Assembly: GCF_009914755.1 (NCBI RefSeq) | Contig: NC_060926.1 | Direction: 5' to 3' (one strand) | Source: the human T2T-CHM13v2.0 reference genome, Homo sapiens | DNA length: 64,000 bases | In this document: positions 37,466 through 53,739 of the stretch, in pieces | How positions within the stretch are numbered: the first letter of the stretch is position 1 | Layout of the letters: each line of letters opens with the position of its first letter | Program-made: the position numbers and the translations under genes | Notes under the pieces: model-generated | What the model saw: the letters and a program-made list of their open reading frames with translations, nothing else | Databases searched by the model: none | Told to the model about the DNA's origin: nothing

Positions 37466-40400
37466 TATTTCTAATATATATAAATACTTCATTTCATTTA
37501 TACTTTTAAATGCTTTTTAAAATTATGCAAGTGCTTTTCAAGTCAAAAATCAGAAAATACTGATGAAAAGAAAATAAAAATCAGTTATGATCCCCATATC
37601 TGGAAGTTAGTCACTGATACCAACTCCGGACACTTTTCTAGACTTTTGTATACACATTCTACTGTAAAGATATAATTACAGTGTTTTACAACTTGACTTA
37701 GCAACATATTACGAGAAAAATTCCACATCAATAATTATATTTTATGTCATTTAAAAGAACTGCAGACTCTCCCACTTCTGGGGAGATGGAGTAGATAAAA
37801 TTTTCCTTATTCCTTCCTCTGAGTACAACTAGAAACCTTGAATATTATATATAAAACACGTATAAGAAGACTGAAAAATGGATAGAAAAAGGCAGACTGG
37901 ATAGAGGCTTCAGGACCTAAACAATGACTCACTGATGAGTTTCCTGGTTACTCTGTTGTTGTTGTTGTTCTAACCTTATATATCCCAATGTTAGAGCTGA
38001 AGAAGCTGAGAACCTGGAAACTCCAAGAGGCACAGACCGAAAAATAAATAAATAAACAAACAAACAAACAAATAAATAAAGGCTTTCTAGTAAAGTTTCA
38101 GTAAAGGGGAAGCCTAGCAAGGTAGAATATATTTACACGATAATTATTACACTCTGGCCAAACGCCACAGGATAAACTGTGGACCAGTCCTACACATGCT
38201 AGCAAAGCCTGTCATGAGGTGCTTCAACACCCACACACAGGAGCAGTGTTAGAGAAGGCCAAATAGGGAGCCAAGACTCTCAGCTCTGCCTGATATCAAG
38301 TTCTCCTTGCACCCCAACATCACGATGTTAGTGGGGAGCAAAAACTCACCCTGCCCAGCAGTAAGGATGAGATTCCTTCCATGGGGAGTGGCTGAGTGGG
38401 GAGCTTGGACTTCTACCATCACGGAAAATAATGAAGTAGTATCTCTCCTCTTCCTGCTGGAGTGATGTCAGACAAAGCTAACTATAATAGAAGACTTAAA
38501 TAAGATCTAGAGGTTCTTAACGATATAAAAATATGCAGGTTTCAAACAAAGATCACTTGTCATACCAAGAACCAGGTAGGTCTCAAACTAATGAAAAGAC
38601 CATCAATAGAGGTGAACACAGAAATGGCAGAGATGTAAGAATAATTTGACAAGCATTTTAAAGTAGTCTTCATAAAAATGCTTCCATGAGCAATTATGAA
38701 CACCCTGGAAGCCAATTTAAAAATAGCAAGCCTCAGAAAAGAAACAGGAGATCTCAGCAAAGGAATAGAGGATATGAAGAAGAACCAAATGAGAGTTTTA
38801 GAACTGAAAAATACAATAACCAGAATAAGAAGCTCAGTGGATGAGCTCCACAGCAGAATGGAGGAAACAAAGGAAAGAATCAGTGAAGTCAAAGAAAGAA
38901 CAATTGCAATTTTACCAAATTTAAGCAGCAGAAAGAAAATAGACTGAAAAAAAAAGAATAGAGGCTCAGAGACCATGAACTGTAACAAAAGATCTAATGT
39001 TGTGTTACTAAAATCTTGAAGGAAGAAAAAAAGGGTGAGGCTGAAAAAGTACTTGAAAAAATAATGGCTAAAAATTTCCAAGCTTTGGCAAGAAACAGAA
39101 ACCAACAGATTCAAGAAGTGGAGCAAATCTCCAACAGGATAAACCAAAGAAATCTACACCAAGGTATGTCATAATTAAGCTTCTAAAAACTAAAAACAAA
39201 GAAAAAATCTTGCAAGCAGCCATAAAAAAAGAAAATAAAAAGATGCCTTGCTTCCAAGAAAAAAACAATTAGAATGGCAACAGATTTCTCATCAGAAACC
39301 TTGAAGGCCAGAAGAAAGTGGCACGGTATTTTTCATGTGCTGCAAGAAGAAATCAAGACATTCGAGATGAAGGAAAGCTAAGTGAACTTGTTGCCAGCAG
39401 ATCTACCCTAAAAGAGTAGCTAAAGGAAATGCTGCAAACAGAAAGGTCATGATAAAAGAAGGAACCTCAGAACATTAGGAAAGAAGAAAGAATAGGATAA
39501 GCAAAAATAGAGGTAAATACAATAGGTTTTCTTTGTCTTGAGTTTTCCAAATTATGTTTGATGATGGAAGAAAAATTGTAACACTATCTGATGTGGTTCT
39601 AAATGTCATGGAAAAATATTCAAGATAATTATTTTATAAATGGGTGGAGGGTATAGAGGTTAAGTGAAGGTAAGATTTTTATATTTCACCCAAACTGGTA
39701 AAATGTTATCACTAGTAGACTGTGATAAGTTATGGATATATAATACAGCAATCAGTACAAATCTATACAAGGAAATATACTCAGAAACATAGATAAATCA
39801 AAGTGGAAGTCTATAGTGTTCAAGTAATCCACAGGAAGGCAGAAAAGAGAAAATAACAGTGAAAACAGAAGAAGGTGAAAACAAAAAATTATATGGTAGA
39901 CTTAAGCTCTAATATATTAATGTATAAATTCAATGTAAAAGATCATAAAATATTAATTAAAAGTAACTGACAGAGTGGATGAAAAAGCATGGCCCAGGTG
40001 ACTGCTAACTAAAAACAATTCACTTCAAATATGTTATTGGCAAGTTGGAAGTAAAAAAATTGAAAAAGATATATGATACATTTATCAATCAAAGGAAGAC
40101 AGAAGTGGCTATATTAATTTCAGATAAAGTAGAATTCGGAATAAAGAAAATTGATAGACAGGGACATTATACAATGATGAAAGGATAAATCTAACAAAAT
40201 ATAACAATTCTAAATGTATAACAAACAACAGATCTGAAAATATGCAAAGCCAAAACTGATAGCAATTAAAGGAGAAATAGACAAATTCATAAATAGGTGA
40301 AGATTTCATCTTTCTCTAAACAATTGATAGAACAATTGATAGAAAATTAGCAACAATATAGAAGACTCAACACTATCAACCAAAAGAATGAAATGAATAT

Positions 40401-42746
40401 TTATAGAGCACTCCACTCAACAACAGTGGAACAGATACTCTTTCTAAGTGCCCTTGGAACAGCCATCAAAATAGATTGTACTCTGGGTCATGGAACAAAC
40501 CTCAACACATTTAAAACAACTGAAATCCTGCAAAGTGTGTTCTCCAACCACTATGAAATCAAGCTAGCAATCAATAGCATAAAGGTAATATAAAAATCTC
40601 TAAGCACTTGGAAACTAAACAACACAATTATTCTAAATAATCCACGGATCAAAGTCAAAGTCTCAAGAGTAATAAATAATACATTGAACTGAATGAAAAT
40701 AAAATTATATCACAATTTGTGGGATACTGAGAAATCATTGTTGAGAGGGAAATTTATATTACTAAATCTGTATATTAGAAAAGAGGAAAAGTCTCAAATC
40801 AATAACATAAGCTCCCACCTCAAGAATCTATAAAAGAAGAGCAAACTTAAAACCAAAGCAGGCAAAAAGAAGGAAATAAAAATGATAAGAATAGAAATCA
40901 ATGAGATAGAAACAGAAAATAGAAAAAAACAATGAAACAAAGAGTTGGTTCTTTGAAAAGGTCAATAAAATGGATAAATCTGTGGCAAGAAAAAAAACGA
41001 CACATTACCAGTATCAGGAGATATCACTACAAACCCTGAAGGCATTCAGAGGATAATAAGAGAGTACTATGAGCAACTCTACACACGTACATTTTACAAG
41101 AAGATGAAGTGACTGGCATTCTTGAAAAATGCAAACTACCACAACTCATCCAGTATGAAATAGATAATTTCAATAGGCCTATGGCTGTTAAGAAAATGGA
41201 ATTCATAATTTTAAAACTCCCATAAAAAACTCTTGGCCCATATGGTTTCACTAGATAATTCTACCAAATATTTAAAGAAAAATTAGTACCAATTTTACAT
41301 AATCTCTCTGAGAAGACAAAAGAGGGACCGCTTTCTAATTTATTTTATGAGGCTGATATTACTTTGACACCAAAACCAAAGACAATACAAAAAAAGAAAA
41401 GTATAGACTCTTACGAATATAGGTACAAAAATCCTTAACAAAATATTAGAAAATAGAAATTAGAAAAACATACAAAGATTTATACCAACATGGTCAAGTG
41501 ACCTTTGTTCCAGCAATGCAAGATTGGTTCAATATTCAAAAATCAATCAATGTAATCCACCATTTTACAAGCTAAATAAGAAAATTACATTAACATATAA
41601 ATTGATACAGAGAATCATTTGAGAAAATTCAACACCCATTTATGACAAAACTTATAGAAAAGTAGAAATAGAGGAAATTTCAACTTAATAAAAAACATTT
41701 ATTTTTAAACCTCTAGAGTTAAAATTCTGCTTAGTTGTGAAAGACTTAATGCCTGCTCTCTAAAATTGGGACTAGAATAAGGATGTCAACTCTCACCACT
41801 TTCATTCCAAGTAGTACTGAACGTTCTAGTTAATTACAATAAGACAAGAAGAGGAAAAGACATACAAATTAGAAAGGAACAAATAAAACTGTCCCTGTTT
41901 GCAGATGACATAATTGTCTATGCAGAAAATTTCAAGAAATACACATACAAAACAGATCGAAACTATTTTGTTTGTAACTAATAAGTGAGTTCAGCGAGGT
42001 TACTGAGGGCAAATCAACACAAATCAATTGCATTTCTATATATTAGCAATAAGCATGTTGAAATGGAAATATAAAATACAATACCATTTACAATCACTCA
42101 AAAAACACAAATGCTTAGATATAAATCTAAGAAAACGTGTATTACTCATATGCTAAAGACTACACAATGATAATGAAAGTTTACAAAGTTCCAAATAAAG
42201 AGAGAGACGTACTATGTTCATGGATTGGGAGATTCATCATACTAAAAGTGTCAGTTCTCCCTAAATTGATATACAGGTTTTATGCAATTCCTATAAAATC
42301 CTAGCAAGGATTTTTTTTTTTTGTATATATAGACAAAATTATTCTAAAATTTAGCTGGAAGGGCAAAGGAACTAGAATGACTAAGACAATCTTGGAAAAG
42401 AAAATAAAGTTGGAGAAATCAGTCTATGTAATTTCAAGACTTATTATATAAGAATTCTACAGATTTCAAGGCTGTGTAGTATTGATGGAGGGGCAGACAT
42501 ATTGATCAATGGGACGGAATAAAGAACTCAAAAATCAGATCCAATATGCTCATCTGATATTTGAGAAGGATGCAAAGGTAATTCAATGGAAGAAGAATAG
42601 CCACTTCAATAAGCAGTGCTGGAACAATGGACACAAAATTAACTTTGACCTATGTCTTACACCTTATGCAAAAATTAACTCAAAATTAATTATGGACTCA
42701 CATGTAAAACATAAAACCATAAAACTTTTGTTTGAAAAACAGGATA

Positions 42747-43457
<711 letters not shown>

Positions 43458-45309
43458 TCATAAAATAAAAAATAAATTGTGGTTCAAAATTAAAAACTTC
43501 TGTTCTGTGACTCTGTTAATAAGAAAAAAAGACAAGTTACAGAGTGAAAGAAAATATTTACAAGTCACACATCTGACAGAGGGCTAATATGTAGAATGTA
43601 TAAAAACTCTCAAAACTCAACAAGGAAATGACCCAATTAGAAAATGAACAAAAGACATAAAAAGACATTTCACCAGAGAAGTTATACCGATGGCAAAAAA
43701 GAACATTAAAGGTGTTCAACTTCATTAGCCATCAAGGAATGCAAATTAAAACCACGTGACATAGCACTACTATCAGACTAGCTGAAATAAAAATTGGTGT
43801 CAACACCAAATTCTGATGAGAATGCAGAGAAAATGGAGCATTCATATATTGCTAGTGAGAATGTAAAATGGTACAGCCACTCTGGATACAAGCTGGCTGT
43901 TCCTAAAAAACTAATCATGAAACCACCATACAACCTAGCAATTCACTCCTGCGCATTTATCCCAGAGAAATGAAGACCTATGTTCCCACAAATCCTGCAA
44001 AGAAATGATTATAGTAGCTTTATTTGTAATTGCTCTCAAAGTGAATAGAATCTGGCTGTCCTTCAGTAGCTGAATGGTTAAACAAATGTGGTACTTCCAT
44101 GCCATGGAATACTATTCAGCAATAAAAAGCAGTGATCTGCATAAATATCCAGAGAATTACGCTGAGTAAAAAAAAAAAAAAAAAAAAAAAGCCAAAGAGT
44201 TGCATACTGTATAATTTCACTTATATGACATTCTTGAAATGATACAATTATAGAAATGAAGAAAAAGATTAGTGGTCACTAGAAGTTAAGGAGAGAGAGA
44301 AAGTAAGAGGCAAGTGGGTATGGTTATAAAAAGGCAACACCTTTTATAAAACATCCTGATGGTGTTGGAAACTTTCTGAATCTTGTGATATTGTTCTATA
44401 GTTTTCCAAGATATTACCATTGAGGGAAACTGGGTAAAGAGTACATGAGCTCTGTCTGTATTATTTCTTACAACTGCTCATGCATCTATAAATGTCTCAA
44501 AATAAATGTTTGATTAAAAAGTTTGATCTGGAAGTAGACTCTAGGATGAATAAATAAAAACAACAACAACAAAAACAATTTGATGAGCTTAAAAAAGGAT
44601 TGCAGACAATTGCCTCCTATGAATATACTTCTTCAACCAATTTCTTATTGTTTGGACATTTTAGTTACTATAATTTTCTTATTTCAGCAATCACAGGGAT
44701 GACTGTCCTTGTAGCTAAATTTTGACATATATTCTTTCACTTCCTTGTAAACATCCCTAGAAATTGAATAGCTGGTCAATGGCTTATATATTTTTTCACA
44801 TTTTTCGGACCCCTTTGAGCCCAAGGTATAGAAAGAATCAATATTTGGAAGCATTGTATTTATGGGACAATTCAATATACGAACAAGAAGAAAATTTTTA
44901 AAAGATGACAGCCCTCTCTGAATTTATCTTGAACAATTTAGGCGTAAGAAGTTGCTAATGTGGCATAATAAGCACAATTTGAAGGCTTTAAATACATGTT
45001 TCAATGTTTTATCCATTTGAAAAATGTAGATAATACGAATTCCTGCCTTCTGAAGTTGTTGTGGGGATTAAATACATGTAAAGCACTTGGAGGAAAACTT
45101 AGTACATTATAAAGTCTCAATAAATGTTAGCTACTATTATGATTTTGATTATGATTGAAATCCAAAAATATCGCAATAATTGACACTGGCCTATAGGAGG
45201 AAACCCATTGCCTCATTCCCTTGCCAACACCATGCATTACCAACCATTTCTATCTTTGCTATGTTTTATTGTTATTTTAATTTTCATTTCTTAGATTAAT
45301 AATGAATGG

Positions 45310-46255
<946 letters not shown>

Positions 46256-47222
46256 ACACTCAGATTTAAAATATTTCTATTAATTTGTTCAGCTTTTAAT
46301 ACTTTAAATTATGTTTTTTGATATGAAAAGTTTTAAAAATTTTAGGTAGTCATAGTTTAGGTGACAATAATATCTTTATGCTTTTTGCAATTGTTGTTTT
46401 GTTCATAAGAACCTTCCTCATAGGAAAATTGACCACCTTTATATTTTTCGTGTTTTATATTATTTAATTTTTACTGAATCTTGGGTGCAAAGAATTGCTT
46501 ATTTGTGACACACTGTCACCACTGGTGCACACATGGTCCATGTGTAGTCAATCTCATGATTTTAAAATGTGGTAAGCATCCATGAACCCATCATTTAATA
46601 GAATAACTAGGATCTTGAAATAATTTATACTCTTCCATGTGATCTGTACACCTCCTATCCTCCTGCCTCCTTCTACTTGAGAAAAATATTCAGAAGTCTG
46701 TGTTTATCTTTTTCTTTTAGATATATAGTTTCATCTTATCTATGCGCTTTCCTAGGAAGTACATATTTTATTCAAGTTGTTTTTATTTGTATAAAAAGCC
46801 TGTCATGCTGCATGTAATCTTCTGGCACTAGCTTTTCTCCACTTAATATTATTCTGCTCAGGCTAATTGCTATTTACCTGTGTCTACCATATTTCAACTG
46901 CTGCACATATTCAGTTGTGTCTATATACCACAGTTTTTCAAACACTGCCCCATTTATAGACATTCAGTTCACTATTATGCCTATTACTGTTCTGAATGCA
47001 TTTACATATTTTTTTTTCTGGTGTGCAGGTGAAAAGATTTCTGTCGGGTCTATACTCAGGAATAGAATTGCTGGGTTATATGGTATGTGCCAAACTGTTT
47101 GCCAAGGGACTATATATATCTTTCCTTTCCAGAAACCTTGTTTAAAAAGATCCCAGGGGACCACATCCTCTCCAACACTTGGTATTGCTAGATTTTTTAA
47201 ATTTTTGTCAGTTGAATAGTGT

Positions 47223-47264
47223 TATGGTCTCTAAAATATGGTCTCTAAAATATGGTCTCTAAAA
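47223..47264. repeat. Perfect tandem triplication of 14-mer TATGGTCTCTAAAA
   Basis: Three exact adjacent copies. Confidence 0.95.
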
Positions 47265-47842
47265 TGTGTGTGGGTGCTGGATATTAAATGGTGCCTCACT
47301 ATGTTCTTGGTTACCATGTCCCCAATCTATTCTTTTAATTATTGGCTTGGTTTTTTTTCTGCTGTCAGATGACGATTGTGACTATTGCTGATTTTCTTTT
47401 TACAATGTAATATTTGAAGGTAACTCTTCAGCAATATGAAATTTATTTTTGGTTAAGGTATGTATTCCTTTTAACAAATGGATAGTACATTTTTCCAACA
47501 ATGTTTAGTAAACAATCTGCAATTCAGGCCTTTGATTTGAGATGTCAACTTTATCTTACACTGAATTTTTATAAATACATAAAATATGTCCTTTAATAAA
47601 ATACATCCTTTCTGTACTCTTTATTTGTTTAATTGTTTGGTCTGATTTTCACACCAGTACCATCCTGTTAAAGTTGTAGTTTTATAGAACATATCATTAG
47701 GTCAAATTTTATTCGTTTTCCAAATATGTCTTCACTGTTTTCATTGCATTATTCTCTTAAGTGAAGTTTAGAATTACTTTGCCAAATTCCCTTCTATCCC
47801 ACACTTCTAACTCACTCATCCTATTGATTTCATTTATATACA

Positions 47843-48178
47843 CAGTCATCCCTCGGTATCTGTGGGGGATTGGTCCCAGGACCTCGCTCAGATACCAAAA
47901 TCCCCAAATACTCAAGTACCTGATATAAAATAGTGTAGTATTTGCATATAACATACACATTTCTTCCTGTATACTTTAAATCATCTCTAAATTAATTATA
48001 ATTCCAAATATAGTGTAAATGCCATGTAAATAGTTGTTATAATGTACTGTTTAGGAAATGATGACAAGAAAAAAGTCTGTACATGTTCAGTACAGACTCA
48101 ACTTTTTTTCTGATTATTTTTCATCTGAGATTGGTTGAATCCATGAATGTGGAATCCATGGATATGGAAGGCCGTCTG
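47843..48178. mobile_element. MER2 TcMar-Tigger MITE
   Basis: About 336 bp, imperfect TIRs CAGTCATCCCTCGGTATC / GATATGGAAGGCCGTCTG, followed by TA. Confidence 0.88.
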
Positions 48179-50829
48179 TATGTAAATTTGAGAATTGATG
48201 TCTTCACAACATTAAGTCTCTGCATTTAAGAAAACAGTCTTTTTCACCTTTATTTGAATCTTATCTTGGAATATTCATCAAGAAAGTTTGTAGGTTTCTC
48301 CATGTACTTTCTTCACAATCTTCTTAAGTTTGTAATAAAGACTTTTGAGTAAGGTGATGACAAAATAATTATTGATCTTTCTTGTTTGGGTTGTCTTAAC
48401 ATCATGCAAGTAACAAACAGCCTTGTGTAGGTAGATCCCTTTAACACAATTAGCTGGAAAGCCCCTGCTGATTCAGGTGTAGACAATTGCAACTAGCCCA
48501 CGACAGCCAGCATGGCTGTTTCAGCTTCACAGACCTGGCACCTATCAGGGGCTCAGTTGGTTAACATAAGATTAATAATTCATCAAATGATTTCACTAAT
48601 TTAACCCAATTGAGAATCATTCTCTCTCTGAGCTCAGTTTTGCAGGCAAAGCAGTTGGGGCTCTATGTTACTAGAACATGGTCTTCATTTTTCCTCATAT
48701 TCTGTAGTGCACACCATCAAGTTTATTGTCTCCTTGAATAAGAGACCTTCACATAAGATAGATGTAACACACACATATATGCATACTGCATTTTACTGGG
48801 TATATATTCCATTTTTTAAAATCTAGCTTGGCTTTGAGAAAGAAGTATCAACCTTTGCACCCTGTGGTCTTTATCACCAGGCAGGAAGGCCATGAAAAAA
48901 CGTTCCTCATTTGAAGTCTGGGAAACCCTCCACACTCTAGTGCTGACCAGCACTTTTGAGAGAAACCGCAGATCCAGGGGCTAGTAATGTGTACTAACAA
49001 GCTTTGTATCCTGAAATCCATACTGCAGAGGGGATTGAAATCTACAGAAAGCCACATCTGTGTGTTCCTCGCAGTCCCCAGCAAGGAGCCTGAATACAGC
49101 ATGTCATTATGATTAATTGTGGGTAATGAGGGTCTTATGAAACCAAGAAAGAGAAGCGTTTATTTCTCTGCTGCTACAGTTATAGCCTCCGATTTGTTTT
49201 CAAGCACTCTACAGAGGACAGCCAAAATAGAATAGGAAATGACTATTCTCCAGCCATCCTTTACTTCCCTGCCAGGCATTTCAGTAAATTAACAGGCAGG
49301 GACCGGTTGGGGATTTTGTGAGCCTTCTCAAGGATATGATAAAGAAAAGACTTCCCAGTTCAAAGAATCTGTATAAAACCAGGCTATAGGAGAGATCAGC
49401 TGTGAGTTCTGAGAAGCTAAGTGGTGCTCTGAGTTCAGCTACAAATCGGACAACAGACCACAGTGAATAAAAGAATTCTTTTATGGAAGCAGCGGGTGTT
49501 TTCGTCATTCTCTAACCTACCAGAAGGTGGTGCAAATTCACTGCTGATACAGTAAAGGAGGACGTGGCTTTCTTTTCCAGCCCTACCCTGTCCAAGTACA
49601 GTAAAACAGAGAGAGAGAGAGAGATTTAAAAATAAATTAGACAGGAATATTTAATCTTTTTAAAAACAAATAACTCCCCTTCAAGTTGTCTAACATCTGT
49701 CAACTTATTTCTTGCTGAGACTCAGTTGATGTGAGTCAAGCTAATAAAGAAACATGACACAAAGATTTGAAGAAGATAATTTTGAATATCTTAATGTAAT
49801 AAAATTAAGATGGAGTATTTAATGGCTTAGGACAAACACTACATTAAGGAACTGGCCTATGTTCCTAGAGATTCTAACAAATAGCAAAGAAGTGGTTAAT
49901 TGGACAAACATTTTATTCCATTAAAGAATCATTATAGTATTTTAATATTTGGACATAAAAAAATCTTTAGGATGAAGCACTATGAGTTTTGTGCAGCAGC
50001 ACACGCATTTTTGAAATGAAAATTAACCTTTCTCCTAGGAAGATAATATAGGATGTAGAAGACCCAACAAGAGTGTTTAAAAACAAACAAAAACAAAACA
50101 AAAAACAAAACAGAAACCTTTCACTAACAACAACCAACATAACAAAACCCTCTTCATTTGGTGTGAGGGGAGTTGCTGGAAGCAAGCCCTGGCTTAGAGC
50201 AGCTCATCAGCTGTGTGTACTGGTGCCCACGTTTCCAATAGTCAAGAGTATTTTTAGAGATGGGACATCTACCTAGAAAGAAGAAAGTTTTAAAAAACAA
50301 TTTGTTATTTCAGTAACATATCAACTGAGGGCACCATCAAAAATATTTTCCTAAATTCTCTTAATCTCCAAGACCACTCTATTATATCTAAACAGAGAAG
50401 GAGTATTTTTGAATAAAAAGAAAACAAAACAAACAAAAGCAAAACACCCCAAACCTTTTTATACAGAAAACAAAACAAAGCTCCAAATGAAGGCTTGAAC
50501 ATTTTCGAATTAGAATTTCTAAAGAAAACGCATCCAGAGAGTGACCTCAGAGTTCTGGGTAACTACTGATTTTTCAGCCCGAAATCGAGCATAGGTTTAG
50601 CAAACGTTACCAGGGAGAACAATGTATTTTTGTTTCTAACTCAAATCTATCTTTTAAAAAATTAATTTTCTCTCTCTATTGCCGGATTACATTTTCATTT
50701 AACTTTGGTGCCGTGCCTTGTAATTAGTTTTTCTTGATCTGTTTCTTGGAAGGAAAAAAAAAAGTTAGGGGAAAAAAAGATAAAAAACAAGCTTGTAGGT
50801 TGCAGTTAAAATATTTTGCTTTATCACGC

Positions 50830-52440
50830 CTGGCGTGAAAAGAACCAAGAACACTGAACCCAGGGCAGCAGCGAATCCCACGCCCCACGCTCCCTCTTCC
50901 CAAACCTCAATATCGTTGCTTAAAATCTTCCGGGCTTATTGTGAAGCCAAGGGCGCTTGGCATGGGAAGAGAGCCGCTCGTGATTTATTTGGGAGAGGGA
51001 TGGGGTTTTGGAAAGGAAATTGGGGGGTTTACAAGGAGGACGGGTGGGTTTTACTCAACAACTTATTCTTGGGCGTTTTCGTGGACTGGAGAGGAGTTTC
51101 GATCCCGTCTCGGGCTCACCTGGGAAGCCCCCTCCTGGCGCCCGCTTTGTTTGGCGTTCCTTTAAAGCCCGGTGTTGGCAGAGCGACCCACAATGAAACA
51201 AATTCTCATTTTATGACGTCTTTCCCCCCGTAGGAGTCCGAACAATGTCTGGGGGCTTGGCACGCATGAAGATAAAAGAATTTTATTTTAAATGCGATAC
51301 ATGTCAGGATTAGACAGCGTTTCCTTTCAGCTAAACTACAGAGCGAATCTTCATTTCCTGTTTCACTGCTTCCCCCGAAAGAAACTTTTCTTTTTCTTTT
51401 TCTTTTTCTTTTTTTTTCTTTTCTTTCTCTCCCCCAGCAGAGAGTCCGAGAGAAAAGTGCTGGGCACAGAGCTCCCCACGAGGTCCCCGGAAAGCAGACT
51501 TAGCTCCTGATCGTTGTCAATCTTTGGGCAACCCGGGGCCTCGCAACGGCTCGGGTTTAGTGTGATCTGGGGAGGCTGCAGCCCAGTTCCGGCTACCGTG
51601 GGCGCCTGAGCAGAGCCGGGGCGAGTTGTAAACCTCAGAGAAAGGCACTTGTCCCCAGCAAAACGCTTGGAGAGGACCGTGCACGCTGTGCTGCCCCCGC
51701 CCCGAGACGCGCCGGGCCGCCGGGTCACCGGTTTTCCGAAAGGGACCCGGCAGAGACAAAGTGCCTTCGCCGCTGCGATAGGTTGGTTTTACTTTGCAAT
51801 AAACAGCCCCTAATGGGACCGGGCGCCGGGCGGAGAGCTCGGCCCGGGGCGCGGCCTTTGCCGCCTGGCTCTGCGGGCCGCCCCGCCGGGCGCCAGGTTT
51901 TGGGGGGTGGCCCGGCCCCGCGTCCGCCACTGCAGGCCGCTCTCCTCCTTCCCGCGCACACAGCGGAGAAAAAAGGACGCAAACAGCATTTTACACTTTT
52001 CCCACTTTAGCGGGAATCGGAGGAGCCGGGCGAGAAAGCCCGAAAAGGGAGGCGGTTATTTACGACCGGCGGGTTGGAGTCTGGCACCAGATGGTGGGGG
52101 TCTGTCAGGCCCGGCCGCCCCGCCCAGCGCCCCGCAAACAGCGCCCGGTTGGCAGCGTCGCCTGAGCAGCCCCCATCTTCGCTTCCAGCCCCTCCCGTAT
52201 ATTTTCTCCCGTCCAAGTCGATCAAAGACGGACTTTAAAAATTACTCGCAATTAGACCCAAAAAAGTCATTCGTGATCTTTGGGTATTAGCACTTAACGG
52301 CCAGTGGTCTCTCCTTTCCCTCTGGAGGAGGTCGGGGTGGGGGCGACTGGGACCAGGTGGAAGGTAGTGTAGGGTTAAGAAGCGTCAGACCTCGGAGAAG
52401 GGCCTCACTTCCTCTTCGTTTTGTCGCCCTTTGTGTTACA
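50830..52440. promoter_or_regulatory. CpG island 2 (orphan), core about 51450-52230
   Basis: Very high CpG and GC, GC boxes, GGATTA 51307-51312, ATCAAAG 52221-52227; no credible CDS. Confidence 0.9.
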
Positions 52441-53739
52441 TACGGGGCAAGCAAGGTCTGCCAATCACTACCATTTCTCTTTCTTGTTCTATAAAGACAG
52501 GGTCGTCACAGCAACAGGGACATGACAGGCTGGTATCTCTCTCGAGCTCCAGGGGGCCCCTAATAGGATTGAAGCGAAAGATCAAGCGAATGGTTTCCTA
52601 TTTTAGGCCCGTAATAACTCCCAACTGCTTGCATATACATGGGCCTTACAGTATTGAGGCAACTTTTAATCCCAGAAAAGAGCAGCCTGTTTTCTAGCAG
52701 GGTCTATTTTTGAATACCCTGTGGGATCCTCCCTCTCTCACCATCCTCCATCCTCCCCTTGATTTTGGGGAGTCAGGGTAAGAAGGAATCCCCTCCTCTG
52801 ATTTTACTTATCACTCCTTCCCCAGAAGCTGAAGGTGTCCTTTCTTTTCATTAATTCATTTTACCAGCTCAAAGTAAATACTCCATTTGGAGGAAACAAA
52901 GACACCCCTTTTTGGTATTCTGTTGAAGTCCCTGGGTGAGATCAGAAGTTTCCACATCTTTTGGAGAAACTGGCCTTGGATGTACTTTGGCCAGACCTCT
53001 CCCCCCACCTCTCCAACACACATACCTACAAAACCAAAAAGCAACCTAAGGAGGAGTGAAAAGGTTTCTCTCCCCCAGGCCATTTATGTTCAAAACGAAA
53101 CGTGAGGCCACGTGGGTGTGGGGAGTGCGTGTGCTGGGTGGGTGTCCTTTATCTGTGTGTTTCTGGAGTAGAGAGAGGAAATAAATGAAATGCGTGCGGC
53201 AAGAGGAGCGGTTTGTTTTCACCCCCAAGACCTGGGAAAACCCATCAAAAGAGATTGACTTCAGAAAACCGAGAATGCCTGGGAAATCTGAATGCAAACA
53301 GCCCTGGAATAATCAGCACCACCAACATCTGTCACCACAGCTGTTTCTTTTCTGGTTGGTGAGAGAACCCGTCTCTCTTCTGTGGGTTGGCAATGAACTC
53401 CAAGTAAGGGGCCCATCGTCTTTCTCTTCCAAACAGAATCCTCCAGGTCTCTGTTTATTTAGCCTGCTTAAAAGTAGAACACAATACAAAACAAAACAAG
53501 CATAATATTGCCACCTTTTAGGTGAAAATAAGTAGCCTGGTAAAGTAGGTTAGGAAGAATTATTCTTGACCTGTGGTCACAGATGAGGAAACTGAGGCAT
53601 GGGGACAGCCTTTGATTTTCAAATTGATATCCAGTAAAAAATCAGAATTAATAAATCCAATCCTCAGCTCTTGGAAGGCACTCCGTTAAAAACAAAAAAA
53701 GCCCCCCAAAACAGGTGAGTAGTTGTATTATGTTTTTTC

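Larger units (their letters stand above)
46260..48330 (-). mobile_element. Very old L1 (L1ME-type) fragments
   Basis: T-rich antisense L1-like text, e.g. AGAATTGCTGGGTTATATGGTATG, CCACATCCTCTCCAACACTTGGTATTG; fragmentary. Confidence 0.55.

Noticed and set aside
47223-47264. CRISPR-like array
   Set aside because: Adjacent repeats with no spacers or cas genes, in eukaryotic DNA
51363-52290. Overlapping ORFs in CpG island 2, including a poly-Lys stretch
   Set aside because: GC-rich frame artefacts; the Lys/Phe runs are translations of the T-tract
53313-53330. REST/NRSE site (TCAGCACC)
   Set aside because: Only the left half-site; the GGACAG half is absent
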